From an uncultured Methanolobus sp. (GTDB taxonomy: Archaea > Halobacteriota > Methanosarcinia > Methanosarcinales > Methanosarcinaceae), in the NCBI GenBank assembly GCA_963675495.1, contig OY776215.1:192001-256000 (forward strand): 64,000 nucleotides of DNA. Reading direction: 5' to 3'. Positions 1 to 9,649 of this stretch are shown here, one piece after another; the stretch's first letter is position 1; each line of letters opens with the position of its first letter. A program made the position numbers and the translations under genes. A model generated the notes under the pieces. It had not been told where the DNA came from, did not search any database, and saw nothing but the letters and a program-made list of their open reading frames with translations.

Positions 1-1829
1 GTGTTTGACTCGGACTTATACTCTGCCAGGAAACTGAGCTTATAGCGAATCTCGTAAAACTGTTTTAACTTTATTTGTAAAAAAGTAGGTTCAATACTTT
101 TGAACTCTGTGAAATCCATATTGTCATACCAATCCTTGAATAAAGTGTGCTCAAATTCACGAAAATTTTGGATAGTAAGATTTGGCTTATATGTTGACAT
201 TATTTGACTATGGTCTGGGTATTTTGCGTGTTCCATACCAGCACATTGTACAATTCCCTTTTTTAATATCTTGGGATACACCAACAAATTAATAACTGCT
301 ATATGGATAAGTTTCGTTAAAAAATCACTATTCTCTAATTTGTCTCTGTCGAGAATGGATAAATTGAAACAATCCCACTCCCCGTTCAGTAATTCATTTA
401 ATGCTAAGGGGGATGTGTGTATAAGAGAGAGTACAGGAACAATTATTTTTTCATATTCGAATTTTTGATAATGCTCAGTTAGTATAGTATCAAAATTATT
501 ATTTATAAATTCATTATTCAAGTTTTTTATACCAGAGTGTTTCAAAACTTCTTTTTCCATTATATTATAACAATTATCAATATTTCTTATCATAGATTCG
601 AGATCATAATCTCTATTGTACTCCTCCATTAGTTTTTCAAGACTATCTGGAAGATTTGAGTACATTGCTTTAAGGTCCTCAAGTAACTTGGCTGAATAAT
701 TTGGATTGTATTCATCTTTATTAATATCAATCTGACTCTTCCATTTATCTTCAAATTCATTCATCTCTGCACTGTAATTATCAGATAAATAATCGTTAGA
801 TAGCCTTAGGAAACTCTCTATTTCTCTGAGTTTTTCCAGTATTTGTTCATTATAACTCAACACTGTTCTAAGCACCTTTGAGAACGAAATTGCATTATCA
901 CCATAAAGCAAATAGTAGAAAGTATGAAAATTATCTTCTTTTATGCGGTTGATTTTTTCTATATTCGACATTCCATCACAAAATACTGGTAATTGCAGTT
1001 TCACATCTTCAAGTGGGGATCCAAACGATGGTGATACATATGAACGAGAATCATCAAATCGTTCAATTAATCTAACAGCTAAATTCTCATAATTTTGTAG
1101 TCCACTTTCGATAGAGTTAGTTGAATCATTAACCATTTCCAAAAATCCATTGCAAAATTCTGTCAAGTTATTAATGTGTGAACGTTCAGTTTTTTTTGCT
1201 TCTTCCTCAAACCTGTTAACCATTGATTCAATGATTTCAGTAACATCTTTTTTGCCTTCAGATATACCATAGTTTTTCTCATCCAGGTCTATCAGGCGTT
1301 GAGCACTTTTAAGGTCAAAATCCATGGGTGAAAAGAAACGAGTGATTGTCACTCCTTTTTCAGCCAATACTTCTCTTATGAGAGAATCATTAATGTTGTA
1401 AGTAAAATAGTAATTATCTAGAAGATCCATTGCTTCAGGATATGATAGAGATTTATCCAGATATATTTTTTTAAAACTGCCTTCGAGTATCAATTTGATA
1501 AGTATTCTAAAGGATTTTATTTTTGAACTTAATGAATATGGAGTAATATCCCCTCCCTTTAAATGTTCACCTGGTTCTTTTTCGAGTTTTTCCAAGATTC
1601 CCATGTCTGCAAACAATTCACATGCTTTGATTGCAGTAACTCTTGTCATTTCTTCGATGGTTCTTTCGATTTTTCCTGGATATGTTTTGAAGTGAGATAT
1701 TTCTTCTTTATTATTCCGTTTTTTGTTGCCAAGATATATTTCAATTTTTTTACTTTCTTCAATAATAAAATATTCAAGAATCCTCCACTGCTTCTCAGAA
1801 ATACGTTTTTTGGTATTTTTGTCACTCAC
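1..1829 (-). CDS. Large hypothetical protein (>609 aa, 3' end outside window), possible N-terminal winged HTH
   Basis: Read by hand on the minus strand: GTG at 1829 after a GAGGG RBS, open to base 1 (VSDKNTKKRISEKQWRILEYFII...TYPGKIERTIEEMTRVTAIKACELFADMGILEK...PYSLS). Missing from the ORF track because no stop lies in the window. Confidence 0.8.
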   Translation of the reverse strand, partial: MSDKNTKKRISEKQWRILEYFIIEESKKIEIYLGNKKRNNKEEISHFKTYPGKIERTIEEMTRVTAIKACELFADMGILEKLEKEPGEHLKGGDITPYSLSSKIKSFRILIKLILEGSFKKIYLDKSLSYPEAMDLLDNYYFTYNINDSLIREVLAEKGVTITRFFSPMDFDLKSAQRLIDLDEKNYGISEGKKDVTEIIESMVNRFEEEAKKTERSHINNLTEFCNGFLEMVNDSTNSIESGLQNYENLAVRLIERFDDSRSYVSPSFGSPLEDVKLQLPVFCDGMSNIEKINRIKEDNFHTFYYLLYGDNAISFSKVLRTVLSYNEQILEKLREIESFLRLSNDYLSDNYSAEMNEFEDKWKSQIDINKDEYNPNYSAKLLEDLKAMYSNLPDSLEKLMEEYNRDYDLESMIRNIDNCYNIMEKEVLKHSGIKNLNNEFINNNFDTILTEHYQKFEYEKIIVPVLSLIHTSPLALNELLNGEWDCFNLSILDRDKLENSDFLTKLIHIAVINLLVYPKILKKGIVQCAGMEHAKYPDHSQIMSTYKPNLTIQNFREFEHTLFKDWYDNMDFTEFKSIEPTFLQIKLKQFYEIRYKLSFLAEYKSESN

Positions 1830-1969
1830 TATACATCCCTCTTTTAATGAAACTAATTGTAAAGCTTTTTTTAAAATCATTTACAAATACAATTCTCTAA
1901 GTGTTTACTTCTTTGAAAACTATTTATATATTTCTAGGAAATTAGAACTATCAACTAAAGGAGGTTAGA

Positions 1970-2080
1970 ATGATGGATAAAAAATCAGATTGTGACAACC
2001 ATGCAAACCAGTGTAATCCGAACAATGACGCGTACTGGCAGAGCCGTGGTGAAGATGCAAAACCAGATGACAGTGAATAA
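1970..2080 (+). CDS. 36-aa microprotein MMDKKSDCDNHANQCNPNNDAYWQSRGEDAKPDDSE
   Basis: Strong RBS AGGAGG just upstream and TATTTATATA TATA box at ~1921. The N-H/R-x-N-Q-x-N-P-N-N-x-x-Y-W-x-S-R-G motif resembles a small-protein family I recall from bacteria and invertebrates. Confidence 0.8.
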   Translation: MMDKKSDCDNHANQCNPNNDAYWQSRGEDAKPDDSE

Positions 2081-2143
2081 AAGTGTAAGTAATAATTGTA
2101 GAACAAAGGAAAACGTTGTTGAACATAGATTAGGAGGAATATA

Positions 2144-2266
2144 ATGTCAGGTAAATCAATGGATTCTAAAGCAGCATCAAGGATACAGTCAAGCTCAGAC
2201 AAGTCAGGATCAAATCAGGGTTTCAAGGCCCGTGCAATGTCTGCAGCATCCAAAAACAAAAAATGA
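2144..2266 (+). CDS. 40-aa microprotein, SMP (seed maturation protein)-like: MSGKSMDSKAASRIQSSSDKSGSNQGFKARAMSAASKNKK
   Basis: RBS AGGAGG upstream. The pattern M-x-x-x-A-A-S-R-I-Q-S...F-x-A-R-A-x-S-A-A-x-K-N matches small SMP-like proteins. Followed by a hairpin. Confidence 0.8.
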   Translation: MSGKSMDSKAASRIQSSSDKSGSNQGFKARAMSAASKNKK

Positions 2267-2298
2267 AGTTACCCCAGCTTCATTTCACTTTCTTTTAT
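2261..2298 (+). terminator. Hairpin plus T-rich tract after the second microprotein
   Basis: AAATGAAG-ttaccccag-CTTCATTT stem followed by CACTTTCTTTT. Confidence 0.4.
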
Positions 2299-2312
2299 CA
2301 GGAGATATTACA

Positions 2313-3049
2313 ATGATAAGCGACATTAAAAATGAAAACTTGAAACAAAATGCTTTGGCAGTATTGATTGATGGCGACAACACTTCATACAGGTGTTTGA
2401 AGCAAATATTCAACGAGGTTGCAAAGTATGGTACAGCAACTATCCGCAAAGCTTATGGTGACTAGACATCCCAGGAACTGGCTCCATGGAGAGAGGTGCT
2501 TCAAGAATATGCAGTGCACCCAAGTCAGCAGTTCAGAAATGTAGGCAGTAAGAACTGTACCGACAGTTCACTTATCATAGAAGCCATGGACATTCTCTAC
2601 AACGAAAAGATCGATGGTATTGTAATAGTCTCCAGTGACAGTGATTACACACGCCTTTCTATGCGTTTTAGAGAAGAAGGTTATTTGTTCTGGGTATTGG
2701 TCGCAAACAGACTCCCAGGCCATTTGTAACGGCCTGCAGAAATTTTGTTTACGTTGAAAACCTCATAGACAAGAATGTAGAAAAGGATGATATATCAGAC
2801 AAAATTGAAGCAAAAAAGAAACAAGTATCTAAAACTCGAAAGATACTGGAAAATGCATATGAAAAACTCTCTGAAGGAAATGAATTGATACTGTTGTCAA
2901 AAGTCAGCAATATGCTGAGAAATCTAAATCCTGACTTTGATCCCCGTAATTATGGTTATTCCCAGCTTAACAAACTGGTTGAGGATGCAGGTGGATTTGA
3001 ATTGGTAAAAAAGAAGAATCATTTATACATGCGAAAATCGAGTTCCTGA
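2313..3049 (+). pseudogene. NYN (LabA/DUF88) ribonuclease with C-terminal OST-HTH/LOTUS domain, disrupted
   Basis: Motifs LAVLIDGDN, RKAYGD*, KNCTD, VSSDSDYTRL, and in another frame LGIGRKQTPRPFVTACRNFVYVE...PDFDPRNYGYSQLNKLV. TAG at 2463-2465 replaces the conserved Trp of AYGDW, and a frameshift lies at ~2681-2686. Confidence 0.85.
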
Positions 3050-3171
3050 TCGGTTCGCTTCTGATCAGTACTATACATGAGATTGATATAATCTCTATTT
3101 TCTTTTAATTTTAAATCTTCAGGAAAGAGTAAAAGCACAAGAAAATAAGCAGTTTAACTGTCAAACTTAGA

Positions 3172-3306
3172 TTATAAATAATAACATGTATCTTCAGTCT
3201 GCTGGATAACGGAACCTGATGTAAAACATATATCAATATTCTTTATCTCTTTCACCACAGTTGATTTTTCAATCTCTCTTACTCTCGTAAAACAGATTAT
3301 TCTCAT
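3172..3306 (-). pseudogene. Possible decayed P-loop nucleotide kinase N-terminus downstream of viperin
   Basis: MRIICFTRVREIEKSTVVKEI becomes MRIICFTGVRGIGKSTVV (Walker A after a hydrophobic strand) with three single G>A reversions. Confidence 0.35.
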
Positions 3307-3366
3307 GTTTTCATAACATTGGTATTCTAATCGGTATGCAATGTTTGCCAAAAAGAAAGGGCCGGT

Positions 3367-4266
3367 TCAATTCCAGTCATAGTTACCTCCCCTTTTGTGA
3401 TACTGATCAGCATCCACCAAATCAGTAAGTTCCATGTATTCCAATGATTCAAAAGGAATTGAAGAACGCTGCTTGTCATTGCTCAAAATAATATCCCCGT
3501 CTGGACCAATTATCAAATAGGAGTTCAGCATATCATTTGCTGATTCAAATGTAGGTGTTTCACCATTGCTGAGCACCATTCTTCCATTTATGTTCATGAA
3601 TGTGTCAAATTCTTCCTCAGTGAGGAGCAGATCAAGTGCATCATCATTCTGTCCCTTCATGTGAAGTACCTGGAATACCTTCCATCTCTCAGGATGTAGT
3701 GATAATATGAAATGTGTCATATCTTCGGAATAATTCAGTTTGGTAACTGTAGTATTTATCTTCAGCTTCATACCATATTTCCGTACAAATTCAGAAACTT
3801 TGCGTACGTGTTCAACATGGTTTCCATCTCCTCTTCCTAGTTGTTTTTGAATTTCCTCATCAGAAGAGTCAATTGATATACCAACCCAATCCACATAACG
3901 GCTCATTTCCTTGAGCTTATGTTCATTGAGCAAAGTTGCGTTTGTAACAATACTGACAGTGAATCCTATATCTTTTGCCATCTTTAAAAGATAGCTTAAA
4001 TCCTTGTATAGTAGAGGTTCTCCACCTGCAAAATTAATCTTCGTGATACCTTTGGACTTCAATGTCTCAAGCTTATGCTTAGCATTTTTAAGGTCTTTGA
4101 ATTCCCCACTCATATTTTTGTAGAAGCAGAACCTGCATTTATAATTACAATTCATGGTAACATGCCAGTTAACAGATTTTATCTCTGCATTTGTTATCGA
4201 ATCGAAATCAGAAATAGTATCTTTAAAATCCACTCTGGTAGGTATATCTACTAATGAACCACTCAT
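3367..4266 (-). CDS. Prokaryotic viperin (antiviral radical SAM ddhNTP synthase)
   Basis: SVNWH...CNYKCRFCF (CxxxCxxC), KINFAGGEP, SIVTN, GISIDS, KINTTV, RWKVFQ, and C-terminal RGGNYDW typical of viperins. Confidence 0.93.
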   Translation of the reverse strand: MSGSLVDIPTRVDFKDTISDFDSITNAEIKSVNWHVTMNCNYKCRFCFYKNMSGEFKDLKNAKHKLETLKSKGITKINFAGGEPLLYKDLSYLLKMAKDIGFTVSIVTNATLLNEHKLKEMSRYVDWVGISIDSSDEEIQKQLGRGDGNHVEHVRKVSEFVRKYGMKLKINTTVTKLNYSEDMTHFILSLHPERWKVFQVLHMKGQNDDALDLLLTEEEFDTFMNINGRMVLSNGETPTFESANDMLNSYLIIGPDGDIILSNDKQRSSIPFESLEYMELTDLVDADQYHKRGGNYDWN

Positions 4267-4658
4267 TTACTCACTTCTTATGTTAAATTATAATAAAAAT
4301 ATATTTTTAAATTGTTTTTTATATATAAATACATTTTTATTAGAAAGTAACTTGTAATAGATAGTATTCACACATCCAAAAATGAAGTGAGAAGAGAGTA
4401 CCTCAAATTTCTGAGCCAAAACAAGACTAGTATTATTAGAGAAACATAGTATATGTTAGAAGAATTATGGCTGAGAATATGGCCTGTCCAATATGTGGAA
4501 CAAAGAAGGTGTTAGCGAAAATCGATGTTCCTCACCATTAGGAAGAAGAGTTAAAAAAGAAGATCTTAAGATGGCATTTCCTGACTTCCATCGAGCAACT
4601 CAACTCATCATATACATAGTGTTTTTTCAAAATATGCTTTCAATATCATGTTTTGAAA

Positions 4659-5708
4659 TTATTTCAATCCCCAATGACCGTTTCCAACCATGTAAAATAT
4701 GTCAAGATTGCCAGCCTTATAAGAACCTGTACCACTTGAATGCAATGCAATAGTCTTTCTGACACTATTTTTCCAGGAAGGTGTTAGATTCATATTATCT
4801 CTTTTTTCAATCTCATTGAATATATCTTCATTTTTTGCATCTCCACCTAACGTATCAAGTACACTGATTATTTCTTCAAGCCATGTATGTTTCGAAGATA
4901 ATTTTCTTGTATCAATAATAGGTGAAACAGGTTTTGTTGATACAACTGAAACAGGCTTTATAGAACTATCTTTTTCTTTATTTGTTAATGTTTCAATGAC
5001 AAGTTCAAGTGCAAATTTTTCACCTTGAGAGAGACTTGCATCTCTTGCATGTTTGAAAACAATCGTATTATATTGGTACGCTCTGTCATCTGAACTGATT
5101 AGAAGAGGTTGTTTACATCTTAATTGATAGTCAAGTATGCTTTTTAATGATGGTGATCTGTTTTTTGTATCAAGCGATAATCTGAAATTTTGGGTGAAAT
5201 AACGAGTTGCAAACATCCCCATCAAAATGATACATTTGGGTTTCATTGTATTGATGATCTCATCAAAATACATCTCAGCACATTTTAGGTCAGGTGCATT
5301 ATCTCTTCCACCAGCACCTTTTCCTGGATAACAATTTGCAGTATGCAACCAAAATACGCTTTTTTGCCACTTTTTCATTGCCTCACTTGGTTCGTCCTCA
5401 GGATATACCTTTGGAAATAAGAGATCTTTGAAAAAGGAGTTATTCATAGAACTCAATTCGTTGTCTGCCCATGCTTGTTTGGAAGGTGCTTGCGATATGA
5501 ATAAAATATCTTGTCCTCTCCAATCATCAACTAATGGTTTACCTTTTTTCAGTTCATCTGCACTGATTACTCGATTACCTTTTGTTCTCAAAGGATTCGT
5601 ATACTCATGAGTGTAACAAGCTAAGTTACAGTTACGTATTTTATTAACAATCTCTGTCATTGCTTTATCTTTTTCATTTTCATGAGTATCAAATGGCAAA
5701 TCAAACAC
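4659..5708 (-). CDS. Uracil-DNA glycosylase superfamily protein fused to a C-terminal winged-HTH
   Basis: ILFISQAPS (cf. GQAPG), HTANCYPGKGAGGRDNAP, IILMGMFA. The C-terminus TWLEEIISVLDTLGG...WKNSVRKTI...FYMVGNGHWGL resembles the wHTH found in restriction proteins. Confidence 0.75.
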   Translation of the reverse strand: MFDLPFDTHENEKDKAMTEIVNKIRNCNLACYTHEYTNPLRTKGNRVISADELKKGKPLVDDWRGQDILFISQAPSKQAWADNELSSMNNSFFKDLLFPKVYPEDEPSEAMKKWQKSVFWLHTANCYPGKGAGGRDNAPDLKCAEMYFDEIINTMKPKCIILMGMFATRYFTQNFRLSLDTKNRSPSLKSILDYQLRCKQPLLISSDDRAYQYNTIVFKHARDASLSQGEKFALELVIETLTNKEKDSSIKPVSVVSTKPVSPIIDTRKLSSKHTWLEEIISVLDTLGGDAKNEDIFNEIEKRDNMNLTPSWKNSVRKTIALHSSGTGSYKAGNLDIFYMVGNGHWGLK

Positions 5709-5884
5709 CTACTTAATGTAAATAAAAAGGATATGTTATAATCAAATAACGAATGATATATTATTCAAGCTTCTTCTTAAAAATTTCGATTCATATATAA
5801 TGTTTAAAGTACCTATTTTATAGAGTCGATAATAATACTAATATTAGTAATTATTATCTCACTAATTTCAGCGTAGGTGTCAGA

Positions 5885-8446
5885 ATGCAAGAATCTATCA
5901 ACCTTATCCAATCACAAGCTACTAAATTAAAAAAACTGGAAGAAAATGAAAATTATCTTTTCGAACAATTAAACACCCTCGACGCTGATACTATAAGCAA
6001 GCTAATCAGTAATTTTGAGATTGAATACTTCCAGCCAGTTAACCTCTTACGTTTTGAAATCTTGCAGCACATAAAAGATAAAAAGATAGTGACACCTGAA
6101 TTAGTTGAAGAGATTAAGGATAAGATAGTAGCAAAAGATAGTGGTTACTTTTCAAAATACGGTGAAGCATTAGTAAACGGATTGTTGAATTATCCTGTAA
6201 AAAAGAAGACACCATTTGTGAACTGGAAGAAATATTATAGTATTTGTTTCCCATTTTTCTATCTTCCTAAAGACAAAATAGAATCTGACAATGGTCTCGA
6301 GAAAATTACAAATTATCTCATTAATACATTGGAATTGAAACAATACAAAACTCATATAGTCGGATTTGAAGGAGCTCAGAATTATGGCGCTTCATTTTGC
6401 TGGATTGCTTTGTTTCCAAATAAAAGGGTATCTCACAAGAAAGCATACCAGTTGTTTTTACGTATAAATAATCTGACAATTGATGCTGGTGTTTTTCCTG
6501 GATCGGATATAAATGACCCCTCTTCGAATACAGTTGATGAGTTTAATACTGTAGAGGAAGTGCTTGATAAGCTGCAAAATTCCAGAGAAATGGCTCAAAG
6601 TAAAAATGATTCACTAATTGATTATTGGAAATTTGCGCCAGGAGAAAATGGTAGTCGCTGGGAAGAATTTTATGAGTTAGGTATAATGGCAATTGGTTGG
6701 GATAATTTAGATGACCTCACTAATTACGCAACTGAAGAACTTGCTGATTCCTTAAATGTTGAGAATTCTTCCACCTCAAATCAAATATGGAATATTGAAA
6801 ATTTCAGAGATACTAGTATTGGTGATATAGTTGTAGCAAACAAGGGAAGAAGTAAGTGTTTAGGAATTGGTGTCATAGAGGGAGAATATATTTTTGATAA
6901 CAAAAGAACTGAATACAAGCATATTAGAAAAGTGAATTGGGTCATAAATGAGCTTGTAGATTTTGATAAAACAATTTTTAGGCCAGATACATTTTCTCCC
7001 ACTCTCAAATGGGAGACTATTAAAGGGAAATATATTAGTGTAAATCCTTCTTATGAAGATGTTTTCAACAACATAGAAGCAGGAAAAGTTGTTTTACCTC
7101 CTGCAAAGGTGTTGCCAAATGATTCAGGAACACAGAATTATTGGTGGCTGAATGCAAATCCAAAAATTTGGAAGATTGACAGTTTTGAGTTAGGTGACAT
7201 TCAGTCTTATACATCACATAACAACAAAGGCAACAAAAGAAGGGTGTACAAGTATTTTGAAGAAGTAATGCCTGGAGATCTAGTAATTGGATATGAAAGT
7301 TCCCCGATAAAGGAGATTAAAGGAATATTTGAGATTACAGAAAAACTACATTATGATGATATTGAAGGCGAAATAATCAGCTTTGAGATAAAGGAACTGG
7401 TTAAAGATATCATTAGTTGGGATGACCTAAAAGAAACTAAAGGTTTAGAAGAATGTGAAGTCATTAAGAACAATCAAGGTAGCTTATTCAAGTTAACAGC
7501 TGAAGAATTTGAAATAATAAGAGATCTGATTGACGAACGGAACATCAATAATGAAAAAGAAAAAGAACTATTGGACATAAAAGAATATTCCTTTTTTTCA
7601 GATGCAGATAAACCATTTATTGAAGAAGCTGAACTTAACGACATATTAGATTCTCTCGAAATCAAAAAGAACATTGTACTACAAGGTCCTCCTGGTGTCG
7701 GAAAAACTTTTGTTGCGAAAAAAATAGCTTATGAAATTATGAAAAAGACCGATGATACAAAAATTGAAATTGTCCAGTTCCATCAGTCATATTCATACGA
7801 AGATTTTATACAAGGCATCAGGCCATCAGAAAATACCTTTAAGGTTAAAAATGGTGTTTTTCATAATTTCTGCAAGAAAGCAGAACAAGACCCCGAAAAT
7901 AAGTATTTCTTCATAATTGATGAGATCAACAGAGGAAATCTCAGTAAAATTTTCGGAGAACTAATGATGCTGATAGAAACTGATAAGAGGGGCAAATCTA
8001 AAGTTCACCTGACTTATTCTGAAAAAGATGATGCTCCATTCTCTGTTCCAGAAAACCTTTATTTGATTGGTACGATGAACACCGCTGACCGTTCGCTGGC
8101 TATTGTTGATTATGCTTTGAGGAGAAGATTTAGGTTCATCCCATTAAAACCAAAGTTCAATAATAAATTTATTGATTTGCTAATTTCACAAGGTTTCTCA
8201 AAAGATTTTGTACTTGCTGTTATAACAAAAATCAATTCATTGAATGATAAAATCCAATCTGATCGAAACCTTGGAGAAGGATTTCAAATTGGTCATAGCT
8301 TTTTCTGTACCAATAATGTGAATAAGCCTGAAAGAGAGTGGTTTGAAGATATTGTGAAATATGAAATTGCACCACTTTTGGAAGAATACTGGTTTGATGA
8401 CATTGAAAAATCGAAAGCTGAAGTAAGACTGTTATTGTCTGAGTAA
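5885..8446 (+). CDS. mcrB: McrB-family AAA+ GTPase with N-terminal EVE/PUA-like reader domains
   Basis: GPPGVGKT, VQFHQSYSYEDF, IIDEINRGNLSKIFGEL, GTMNTADRS, LRRRF; EVE-like YWWLNANPKIW...MPGDLVIGYES. Confidence 0.93.
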   Translation: MQESINLIQSQATKLKKLEENENYLFEQLNTLDADTISKLISNFEIEYFQPVNLLRFEILQHIKDKKIVTPELVEEIKDKIVAKDSGYFSKYGEALVNGLLNYPVKKKTPFVNWKKYYSICFPFFYLPKDKIESDNGLEKITNYLINTLELKQYKTHIVGFEGAQNYGASFCWIALFPNKRVSHKKAYQLFLRINNLTIDAGVFPGSDINDPSSNTVDEFNTVEEVLDKLQNSREMAQSKNDSLIDYWKFAPGENGSRWEEFYELGIMAIGWDNLDDLTNYATEELADSLNVENSSTSNQIWNIENFRDTSIGDIVVANKGRSKCLGIGVIEGEYIFDNKRTEYKHIRKVNWVINELVDFDKTIFRPDTFSPTLKWETIKGKYISVNPSYEDVFNNIEAGKVVLPPAKVLPNDSGTQNYWWLNANPKIWKIDSFELGDIQSYTSHNNKGNKRRVYKYFEEVMPGDLVIGYESSPIKEIKGIFEITEKLHYDDIEGEIISFEIKELVKDIISWDDLKETKGLEECEVIKNNQGSLFKLTAEEFEIIRDLIDERNINNEKEKELLDIKEYSFFSDADKPFIEEAELNDILDSLEIKKNIVLQGPPGVGKTFVAKKIAYEIMKKTDDTKIEIVQFHQSYSYEDFIQGIRPSENTFKVKNGVFHNFCKKAEQDPENKYFFIIDEINRGNLSKIFGELMMLIETDKRGKSKVHLTYSEKDDAPFSVPENLYLIGTMNTADRSLAIVDYALRRRFRFIPLKPKFNNKFIDLLISQGFSKDFVLAVITKINSLNDKIQSDRNLGEGFQIGHSFFCTNNVNKPEREWFEDIVKYEIAPLLEEYWFDDIEKSKAEVRLLLSE

Positions 8447-8450
8447 ATCC

Positions 8451-9488
8451 ATGTCCATTCCAATTCAGAATATCTACTACCTTTTGTGTTATGCATGGAA
8501 CAAGCTTGATGAAAGCGATATTGTAGATGTCAAAGCAATCAGTATTACTGAACTTGTTGATCTATTTGCAAAAATATTAGCTAATAGTACTTCCAGATTG
8601 CTAAAACAGGGTTTGGATCGTTATTATGTTGAACATGAATACGTTGTAAATGGAATAAAGGGGAAATTAGACCTTACTGCTTCTGTAAAAAGAAATCTTC
8701 TTCCTTCAAATAGAACCGTTTGCCATTACGATGAATTTGATTATGATATCTTACACAATCAAATTTTAAAAACAACGATTTCCAAACTTATTAGGACGAA
8801 TGGCCTTGACCCTAAATTAAGAGATGAACTACATCGAATTTTAATAAAACTCCCTCCGATTTCGGAAATTTCAATTCGGCACTCTCATTTTAGTCAAATT
8901 CGATTACACAGGAATAATTACAATTATGATTTTCCATTAAAAGTGTGCCAAATTATCAATGAAAATTTGTTTATTGATGAGTCATCGGGAAATTACAAAT
9001 TTAAAGATTTCTTGCGAGAAGAAAAGGCAATGGCAAGATTATTTGAGGCATTTATTAGAAACTTCTATAAAGTAGAACAGTCCGAATTTAAAGTAGGAAG
9101 AGAAGATATAAAATGGAAATTTGTAGCTGAAAAAGAGACGCCTATATCGATGTTGCCTAAAATGTCCACTGATATTTCATTGGTATCATCCTCAAGAAAA
9201 ATAATAATTGATACCAAATATTATAAAGAAGCTCTTAAGGCTAGATTTTCGCAAGAAAAAATAAATTCCAACAACTTGTACCAGTTATTTTCTTATTTAA
9301 TAAATCAGGAGTCAGAGTCGGATGCCAAAACTCTGAACTGTGAAGGTATTCTGTTATATCCAGCTGTTGAAAAGGGCTTTGATTTTTGCTATAATTATGA
9401 AAATCATAGAATCAGAGTGATGTCAATAAACCTTAATCAAGAGTGGTATGATATCAGGAAGGATTTGTTGGAAATACTCTCTAGATAG
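8451..9488 (+). CDS. mcrC: McrC restriction endonuclease subunit
   Basis: IPIQNIYYLLCYAW, LFEAFIRNFY, TDI...IIIDTKYY, NLYQLFSY, GILLYP; 4 bp after mcrB. Confidence 0.93.
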   Translation: MSIPIQNIYYLLCYAWNKLDESDIVDVKAISITELVDLFAKILANSTSRLLKQGLDRYYVEHEYVVNGIKGKLDLTASVKRNLLPSNRTVCHYDEFDYDILHNQILKTTISKLIRTNGLDPKLRDELHRILIKLPPISEISIRHSHFSQIRLHRNNYNYDFPLKVCQIINENLFIDESSGNYKFKDFLREEKAMARLFEAFIRNFYKVEQSEFKVGREDIKWKFVAEKETPISMLPKMSTDISLVSSSRKIIIDTKYYKEALKARFSQEKINSNNLYQLFSYLINQESESDAKTLNCEGILLYPAVEKGFDFCYNYENHRIRVMSINLNQEWYDIRKDLLEILSR

Positions 9489-9649
9489 AGGGCTCTGCAG
9501 AAATCTATAATTATCAATATCATGAAACAGTAACTAAATATTATTGAAGATAATAACACATTTTAAGATATAGTTAACTTTTGAGAATATCATCAACATT
9601 AACAGATTTAATATAGTTATAATTTAGAGATGGTGGAGATGGGTAGAAA

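Noticed and set aside
2463-2465. In-frame TAG in the NYN gene as pyrrolysine read-through (Methanosarcinaceae use Pyl)
   Set aside because: It replaces a conserved Trp (TGG>TAG), and the gene also has a downstream frameshift, so decay is the simpler explanation.
4440-4753. CPICG-containing fragment and 86-aa ORF
   Set aside because: Interrupted by stops and overlaps the UDG-like gene; not assignable.
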